DNA from: Caecitellus pseudoparvulus
Lineage: Eukaryota; Protista; Bigyra: Bicosoecida
Length of the DNA: 64,000 bases
Assembly: GCA_965644315.1 (NCBI GenBank)
Contig: CBFFRQ010000055.1
Coordinates: 1 to 64,000 of the forward strand
Reading direction: 5' to 3'
The position numbers were made by a program, and so were the translations under genes. Of the stretch, positions 55,870-64,000 are shown one piece after another; position 1 is the first letter of the stretch; each line of letters opens with the position of its first letter. The notes beneath the pieces are model-generated. The model saw only the letters and a program-made list of their open reading frames with translations, did not search any database and was not told the DNA's origin.

Positions 55870-56746
55870 ATGTTCGGGGGGGCGCTGCTCCGTGCCAGGA
55901 CAGCGGCACGCCTGGCGCTGCCGGGTGTGCTGCTGGTGCCTGGTCTGGCAGCTTGTGGAGGAGTGACTGCCGTGGTCGCTTGCTCTGCACCTGAGCAAGG
56001 CGGAGCCCAGTCTAAAAGCGCTAGTGATGCCTCACCCCCCCCAGCCCCAGCCTCGTCAGGGGCGCAGTACTGGGGCCCGCGAGTGGAGGCCTTCCGCAAG
56101 GAGATGCGTCGCAAGGCCGGGTTCGACACCTTCATCCACAGGCGAGAGCCCGGGGCGGAGGCGCCATCTGCAGAGGAGCTGGCTGAACGCAGTGCCTCTA
56201 CGTTGGCCGCAGATTGGTCCCCCGAACAGGACGCCGAGGCGCGCTGGAACCGGACACTAGGGCAGGTGAGGATACCAATTTCCGCAGACCGCCGCAGGAG
56301 CCTGCACCCCACCGCACGCGAAGCCAAGCCCTTCCCCCACCTCCGCACAGCTTGTGTTGTTTGGCATCATTGCTAGTGGGCTGGTCATTTCCCTCCTGCG
56401 CATGCGGCGCCGGGACCCCAATGCCGACTTTACGCGTGCCGCCATCGCCACGCTGAACGCCTCGGCCGCCGTGCGGGCCAAGGTTGGTGCGCCAGTCTCC
56501 ATGGTGGGGCGCTTCCAGGGCAAGGCTGGATTCAACACCGTTGATGGTGTGCTCGCTGCTCGCACGCCGTCCCACCCACTGTTAGTGGTGGAGCTTACAG
56601 GGCGCTTTGCGCGGGCTCATCAGGACTGGCAGTTCTCCAAGCTGCACCTGGTAATGCCAGCTCCCCCCGGCACAGCGGCCGGACCTGACCCCCCTGGTAT
56701 CCGCCCCGATGGATTCCAGGATGGCGAAGTTGTGAAGCTGGTGTAA
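55870..56746 (+). CDS. Tim21/Coa1-like single-TM mitochondrial protein, 2 exons
   Basis: Arg/Ala/Leu-rich presequence, TM LVLFGIIASGLVISLL, then AIATLNASAAVRAKVGAPV..WQFSKLHL. Confidence 0.6.
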
Positions 56747-56986
56747 GGCGCTGCCTGCCGCGTGGGTCGGGCGCCGCGAGAGCTGTCCCCTGGGTGGACG
56801 GCATGAGCAATACAATACCATGTCCAAAACATTCATCGTGAAACACTCACAGCACCTCCCCCCCGCGCGTGTGCCTGGCTCACCACGCAACTGCGGTCGA
56901 GAGGGCAGGCGCGCCCTTGCTCTCGCGCGCGTTGCCGTTGAACGAGGCCGTGACGTTCCCGAACCCGCTCAGGACACTGACTTGCT

Positions 56987-59900
56987 ATGAAAACCTTGAC
57001 TTCATTCTTTACCACTACCCCGCGCAAGGGCAAGTCCCCAGCTGGCTCCAGTCCAGGAGCCAGCACCCCTGGCAGTGCCGGTGCGTGGGGAGTTCAAATC
57101 CCGCAGGAGCGGGGCCGCCCTGTTCAGCCCCACACCCACGCCCCGCTGCACGTTCCTCCACGCAGCGAAGAAGGCCAAGGCGTCGAGTACCGTCTCAAGG
57201 CCGGTGACCCCCAAAGCGGCGTCAGCAACGCCCGCTGCGCCGCCCACTGCCGCCCTGGATGGCAGCCTCGTGGGCGAAACAGTGCAGGTGTGGTGGGGCG
57301 GGGACGCAGCCTGGTTCACAGGCCGCGTCATCGAGTGGGACCCTGACATCTCTGGGCACACTGTCAAGTACGAGGACGGGGAGGAAGACACGTACCGCTT
57401 CACTGATGAGAAGGTGCGCCACGCGCTCGACACGCCGCTTGGGCGCCCGCACACCCAGCTCCGCCCCCACTCCTGCCCAGATCCGGGTGCTGCGCCCCGA
57501 CGGCAGCGTGAAAGCCGTGTACCCTCCAGAGAGCAAGCCGCGTGCGACCAAGAAGTCTCCTGCCACGAAACCTGCTGCCCCTGCACCTGCCGCCCCCGCT
57601 CCCGCCTCTGACTCTGACTCCGAGGAGGACGTCGTCTTGCGCACAGCACGACCGAGCCGCGTCACGCGTGGGGCAGCAGCGGCGTCCCCTGCGACAGGGT
57701 CTGCTGCTGGTGGTGACGGGGACAGCAGCGAAGGCTCCGATGCCGAGGCTGGCGCCGGGTCCGTGTTTGACTCGGAGAGTGACTATGATGCTGGGAGTGC
57801 GGACAGTGACTCGGACGAGTCACTGGGCCCCGTCGTGGACGAAGCCACAGCCCAGGCAGAGGGTGGCGCCGCGGAGGAGCCGCCACCCTCCCCTCCCCCC
57901 AAAGCCAGCCCGCCAGCAGGTGGCAGCAAGCGCAAGCGCCCCACCACCTCCATGACGGAGACTTCCGCACCTGCCCCCGTGCCGTCCAGTGCTCTGACAC
58001 CCGCCAGCGGCGCAGGGCTGGCACGAGGCACCGCAGGGGCTGTCCGGCAGACCCTGGAGTCTGAGCGCAGTGGGTGGCAGTGCCCCGAGGGCAGGGACAG
58101 TGCCGCCGTGGCCGCCCGGCACGCCCACCTCACAGACAAGGAGAAGCGCGAGCGCGTCTTCCCGGCAGGAGAGCACTTCCACGACACGCTGAAGTGGCTG
58201 TGGGAAGACCGGCGAGACGGGGCGGGGCGGCCGCCCTCCCACCCCGAGTACGACCCCCGCACCCTGACCATCCCGCCCTCCTTCCTCACCGGCAAGGGCA
58301 GCGGGGCCAAGAAGCCAACTGAGGCACAGCGGCAGTGGTGGGAGTTCAAGCGCAACAACATGGACACCCTGCTCTTCTTCAAGATGGGCAAGTTCTACGA
58401 GCTCTTCCACATGGATGCCGACGTGCTGGTGCAGGAGCTGGACTGCATCTACATGAAGGGCTTCTCCGCCCACGCAGGCTTCCCAGAGCCTGCCTTTGGC
58501 CGCTTTTCCGAGGCCCTCGTCGCCCGCGGGTACAGGGTCGCGCGGGTGGAACAGACGGAGACCCCCGACCAGCTGGCGACTCGGCGCGCAGCGGCAGTGG
58601 GCAAGAAGCCGCCCAACGTCGTCCGCCGCGAACTGGTGTCCATCAAGAGCCAGGGCACGCGGCTGGAAGGCCACATGGACGTCGTGGGGCGCAAGGCTGC
58701 AGCGGGGGGCGAACTGTCCGCGTCTGCGAAGAACGCGGTGGCAGCTGCCACAGGAGGCGGAGGCAGCGGGTGGCTGTACGCCCTCGCTGAGCGGCCCCTC
58801 CCGGAAGGCACGCCTGACTCAGGCATGGCGCCCTGTGTGCGCCTGGGCGTGGTGGCTGCCGAGTGCACCAGTGGCACGCTGCACTTGGCGGAGTTTGACG
58901 ATGACAGGCTGCGCACACGGCTGCGCACGATGATGGTGCGGTGCCCCCCCGCCGAGTTCATCTACGCGCCACGCACGTGCAGCGAAGCGACAAAGAAGTT
59001 CCTCATGTACGACGCGCCCACTGCGACGGCGTCCCCCTTCCCCATGCCGAAGGATGCGGCCAAGGCCGCCCTCGCTACCCTGCACACGGAGCACTACTTC
59101 GACCCGCAGGATGTGGCCCTCACTGGCGGGCGCGGCGGCGGCGACGGCACCCGGTCTGGCTTCCTGCCCGAGGAATCCGTTCCCCAGGACCTGCTGTCTG
59201 CCATCGCAGCTGCAGAGGCGGCGGGGTGGGCTGAGGTGCCGCCCGCTCAACCTGACGGGCGACCTGCCCAGCCCGCCACGCTGGCCTTGGCAGCTCTGGG
59301 GGCGATGCTCGCCCACCTCAAGCGCTGCCTCATCGACAGAGCCGTCATGGCACAGGGGAAGGTGTTCACGTACGACCCGATGGGTGTCGGGGGGCGGCCA
59401 GGCACCGCCAGTGTCGCCACCACTGCCCAGCCATCACAGCCAGCACTGCCGGAAGGGGGGGACGCAGACCCAGAAGCCGCTGCAGCTGCTGCCGCCACTG
59501 CCCTTGAGCAGGAGTGGGCGTCGGCTCCGAAGCTTGCCCTGGACGCCGCGACACTGGTGAACCTGGAAGTGCTCGCGAACAACACCACCGGCGGGGGGGA
59601 GGGCAGCCTGCTTGCGGCACTCGGCACGCCCAGCACACCCATGGGCCGCCGCCTGCTGCGGGAGTGGGTCACGAAGCCGCTGGCAGCGCCAGGGGATGTG
59701 CTGTACCGCCTGGCTGCTGTGGAGGACCTCATGGCGCCGGGCCTGTCCACCAAGCGGGAGGCTGTCGCCGCTGCCCTGCGTGGGGTGCCCGACATCGCCA
59801 AGGTGGCAGCTCGCATTCACCGGAACTCCTCCAAGGCCCTAGCAGCCGACCACCCCGAGGCCAGGGCCGTCATGTACGAAGGCCCGCTGTACGCCCGGCG

Positions 59901-61749
59901 CAAGCTGCGCGACCTGAAGACTGTGCTGGGCGCGCTGGAGGCGGCCGTGGCGGTGCGAGATGCCATGGCCGCAGGCGACGCCACACCCACCTCGGATCTG
60001 CTCAAGCGGGTCACCCAGCAAGCCCTGCCGGATGTCGCGCCGCTGCTGGCCAAGTTCAAGGCGCTGGTGGACGTGGACGCCGCCATAAGTGCCGGCGCGT
60101 ACGCCCCCCGGCCGGGGCAGGACGATGCCTACGAGGCCGCGCGTGCCAGCGTGCGGGAGGTGCAGGGGTCCTTGGATGAAATTCTGGCCTCCTACAAAGA
60201 CAGCCTCAACTGCAGTAAGCTGGCGTGGTTCCACCAGGCCACTGGCAACCGCAAGTACCAGCTGGAGGTGCCTGAGGAGGTAGCCGGGCGGGTGGACACC
60301 TCCTTCGAACTCATCTCCTCTCGCAAGTCTGGCAAGCAGCCAGTGCGGCGGTACTGGACGCCAGACATCAAGGCAGCCTTGAAGGAGCTGGACGCGGCGG
60401 AGGCTGGCGTGGAGGCTGCGCGGCAGGACTCCATGCGGCGCCTGTTCGCGCGCTTTGACGCGCATCGCCACGTGTGGGCCGCCGTGGGCACTGCCCTGGG
60501 GCACCTGGACGCCCTCATCACCCTGGCCCGGGCCAGCGCCAATGCTGGCATGTGCAAGCCCAACTTCGTGCGGCGCATCCAGGACGCAGAGGCGGCAGCA
60601 GCTGCCGAGGCGGACCGGCCCACCGCCACCCTGGCCTCTGACGCGTACACGCTGGAGGCCGCGCTGCCAGTCAGCCGCACGCCGGTGCTGGAGCTGAAGC
60701 AGGGGCGCCACCCGTGTGTGGAGGGCGCGCTGCGTGGCGCCTTCGTGCCCAATGACGTGGCGCTGGGCGGCATGAGCACCCCTGGCAGCGGCGACGACAG
60801 TGCCCCGCCCAGCACACCCACCTGCGTGCTGCTCACCGGCCCCAACATGGGCGGTAAGAGCACCCTCCTGCGGCAGACGTGCATGGCCGCCATCATGGCT
60901 CACTTGGGTGCCTACGTGCCCGGGGAGTCCTTCACACTGACGCCCGTGGACCGCGTCTTCACGCGCGTGGGGGCGTCCGACCGCATCCTGGCGGGGCAGA
61001 GCACCTTCTTCGTGGAGCTGGCAGAGACCGCCACCATCCTGAACGGCGCCTCCCCCGACTCCCTCGTCATCCTGGACGAGTTGGGGCGCGGCACGGCCAC
61101 TTTCGACGGCAACGCCATCGCCTTCGCAGTGGTGCAGCACCTGACCAGCGCCCTCACTGCTCGCACCATGTTCGCGACGCACTACCACGCCCTGTGCGAC
61201 GAATTTGCCAGCAACCCTGCTGTGGCCCTCACGCACATGGCCTGCTACGTGGAGCAGAAGCCAGACGGCACGGCAGACGTGACGTTCCTGTACCAGCACG
61301 TGCCGGGGCCCTGCCCCAAGAGCTACGGCATGAACGTCGCGCGCCTGGCCCACCTGCCAGAGGCCATCATCCAGCGCGCAGCGGCAAAGAGCGAGCAGTT
61401 TGAGATTGCCCTGCACACCGCCATCGCCAGCCGTGCGGCAGGTGGCGGCGGCAGTGCCCTTGCCTCGCACTGGGCCGCCTTGCCACGCGAAGCCAAGTTT
61501 GACGAAGCTGCCTGCATGAAGCTGTACGGCCAGGCCGCCGCCATGGTGGCTGCTGCGCTGCCGGAGCAGGCCGACGGCGATGTGCAGCTGGAAGCGCAGG
61601 GTGCAGGCGCCACCTGCTCCTCTGAGCCGTGGGCCCATTTGCCCACTGAGCGGGTCCTCGCTGGCCTCGCCAGTCACGCTTCGGACGAGCAGCTGGTGCA
61701 GCTGTGGAAGGCTGCGAGGGAAGAAGCGGCAAAGGTGCCAGCCGAATGA
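56987..61749 (+). CDS. MSH6: DNA mismatch repair protein MSH6 with N-terminal PIP box and Tudor domain (exons 56987-57080, 57166-57413, 57481-61749)
   Basis: MKTLTSFF; VQVWW..WFTGRV..HTVKYEDGEE; YDPRTL.IP; QWWEFK; FFKMGKFYELF; RVEQTETP; TGPNMGGKSTLLR; DELGRGT; FATHYH; CPKSYG. Confidence 0.97.
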
Positions 61750-61888
61750 CCTGGCCGCAGGCGGTGGGCACTGCAAGCGGGTCAGAGCTGGCTGACCTGG
61801 CCGGCACATGGGGCACCAGTGGACAAAACCAAGCCCTTGGCAAGTGAAGTTCCACACAATGCAGGCTCCCTCATGAACCCCTATCGTC

Positions 61889-62634
61889 ATGGCGCAAAGT
61901 CAGAGCGTGTACGTGAAGGAGCTGCTCGAGGCACCTGCGGCGCCCGCCGTGCCGTGGCTGCACGAGCGGTGGACATGGGAAGGAGATGAAACGCCCCTGC
62001 CTGGCAAGTGGGCCAGCATCCAAGCAGCTGGTGGTGTGGACGCTGGGCTCACAGCAGACTGGCTCAGACAGCATGTCCTATCATCCCCCATGTTCGACGC
62101 TGCCAGCACCTTCTTCCTGACCCACAGGTGCGGCAGGCAGCTGTTGTGCTCCGAACCAGTTTCCGCAGCTGCCACGCAGCCCCACGCCCACCCCCTGCGC
62201 TCAGGAGCAACGCTGTCGGAACTGTGACTGCCTGGCCAGATGAACGTGCTCCATTGGAGGCCATTGGCTGCCTCCGCTTCCTGGCAGCAGCTCCGGGCCC
62301 AGAAGAAGGCGCCTGCCTGGCCTGCCTGGTGCGTGCGCATCACGTAGCTGCGCGCCATCACCTCGCAGCCTCCTCTCACTGCTTGCCTGCCCGCCTTCCC
62401 CGTGCCCTCCCCCAGATCGCCATGGCAGAAGGCAGGCTGTGGGCGCAAGGCCGCACACTCGTGCACATGTCTGCACCCAGTGACACCCCAGTCGCCAAGG
62501 CGCTGGCGGCAGCTGGCTACGAAGCCAGGGATGACGCGCCCGACCTCCCGGGAGTCGCAGCCACCCCCAACGAACTTTCAACAGACGTTGCTTCAACTCT
62601 GCAAGCGAAGCTGGCCAGCTTGGCCGACCAGTAG
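61889..62634 (+). CDS. Hypothetical protein, possible degenerate GNAT fold, 2-3 exons
   Basis: FD...TFFL..AVGTVTAW..GCLRFLAA..ALAAAGY pattern; GTGCGG/GTGCGT introns. Confidence 0.5.
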
Positions 62635-62940
62635 CCATGGAGCTCGGCGCTCTCTGCCACACTCGCACGAGGCTCCAGTCGGCGTCGCCACCGGCTCGCC
62701 CACGTCACTGGAGTGTTACGAGTCTGACGTGCCTTGTCCCAATAGAGCGAGTGCGCGCCGAATCGCTGTCCCCGGTGGAGGAGGGGGGCGACCGCTGCTC
62801 CATGACGAGGCGGAAGGGGACGCCCGGCCAGTCAGGCGGCACGGGCACAATGCAAACCGCTCCGCTCCACCCTTGTGCCCACGCTGAGCATGACGGCACT
62901 GCCTTTGCTCTAGTCGTGTGTGTACAAGGCAGGGGCGGCC

Positions 62941-64000
62941 ATGGCGGCGCCAGCGCTGCCCGAGGCGGGGGCAGAGAAGCACAGCGCAGCGGATCCGCAG
63001 GAAGACTGCGTTGCGCTGGAGCAGGAAGCCAACTGCTGCAGCAAGTTCCTCTTTTCGTGGCTGGACGCTATCGTGGTCCTGGGGTACAAGCGCCCCTTGC
63101 AGCACACTGACCTGGGCCACCTGCACTATGACACGGACAAGGCCGGGTGGCTTGCTGATCAATTGGAGCAGCGCATCGCGAGGGCGCGTGCAGAGGGTGG
63201 CAACATGTGGCGTGTCCTGCGGGAAACTCGGACCCACGTCATGCTGTGGGCATTGTTTTGCAAGATTCTCGGTGACACGATTGGCTACGTTCCCTTCATC
63301 GGGCTGGACTTCGTCTCCAGGTACCTTGAGGTGAGCGCTTGTCGTGGTGGGCTGGGCCCGCTCCACATGCTTGCAAGGGCTGGCTGGGCAACAGCGCTGT
63401 CGCTCACATGAGCTGCAGTCGGCAGCAAATGGTGTGGTAGAAGCAGACCCCTCTCGATGTCGCTATGCCCTCTGCGCGCTGTCTGTGCCGTTCTGCGGGC
63501 CCTTCCCGCACTTAGCGCTTGGGCAGCCATGCCGAATTCCGCGCTCCGCACCTTGTTGCTCAGGCGGTGGCCAAGGGAGATGAGCCAGAGCTGTACTGGG
63601 GAACCATCTCACAGGGGTGGTTTTGGGCTGTGCTCATGCTGTTGTCAAGGTGAGGCCCCTTGCCAGGCGGCTTGAAGCGCCGGGACACTGTGACGCAAGC
63701 CTCACGCCGTCGCCGCCCCTTCCGCAGCATGTTGCAGAACGCGCTGCTGCAGAACCACCACCACTGGGCCATCCGGTCTGGCATGAATGTGCGGGCGGGA
63801 CTGCAAGCCCTCATCTTCCGCAAGGCGCTGCGCCTGAGCAACGCAGCCAAGCACTCCGTCTCCAATGGCGAGATCGAGAACATGGCTTCCAATGACGCCG
63901 AGCGTGTGATGATGCTGTACTACTTTGTGACGTATACCATTGCTGCACCACTGCAGGTGGTGGCAGTGATGATCCTGCTGTATTTGCAGGTCCAGCACGC
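62941..64000 (+). CDS. ABC transporter subfamily C (MRP-like), 3'-truncated by window edge
   Basis: ANCCSKFLFSWLDAIVVLGYKRPL..DL (L0/lasso), GMNVRAGLQALIFRKALRLS, GEIENMASNDAERV. Confidence 0.92.

Noticed and set aside
59839-61890. Long antisense ORFs opposite MSH6, TOP2 (9605-10987, 11584-13023) and GT4
   Set aside because: Expected in high-GC coding DNA with biased codon usage; no protein motifs
62635-62940. Short ORFs between the GNAT-like gene and the ABCC gene
   Set aside because: No motifs or splice support; likely UTR or promoter

Overview
GC-rich, very gene-dense eukaryotic DNA with short spliceosomal introns (mostly about 60-95 nt; donors GTGAGT/GTGCGT/GTTCGT, acceptors YAG). A tubular-mastigoneme-type EGF protein indicates a flagellated stramenopile; a bicosoecid-like heterotroph is my inference, not proven. 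About 26 protein genes: a tandem array of at least three CAP/SCP-domain membrane proteins, RRP40, TOP2, TAF7, a mitochondrial acetate:succinate/4-hydroxybutyrate CoA-transferase, a CRAL-TRIO protein, a GT4 glycosyltransferase, a giant ATM kinase, a mastigoneme protein, RPL10, CAF1, CHMP5, a TPR protein, a plasmepsin-V-like protease, SPRTN, a Tim21/Coa1-like protein, MSH6, a GNAT-like protein, an ABCC transporter and several hypotheticals. The most interesting signals are non-coding. (1) The hexamer AATGCA lies on the sense strand within 140 nt of the stop codon in 17 of 25 complete genes, a candidate lineage-specific polyadenylation signal. (2) An unannotated structured-RNA cluster at about 16326-16966 contains an 8-helix nested RNA with three CUUA-loop hairpins, a long hairpin, and a C/D snoRNA whose guide targets the LSU peptidyl-transferase centre. 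No transposon, endogenous virus, tRNA, rRNA or CRISPR array was seen. All gene models and structures were derived by hand.
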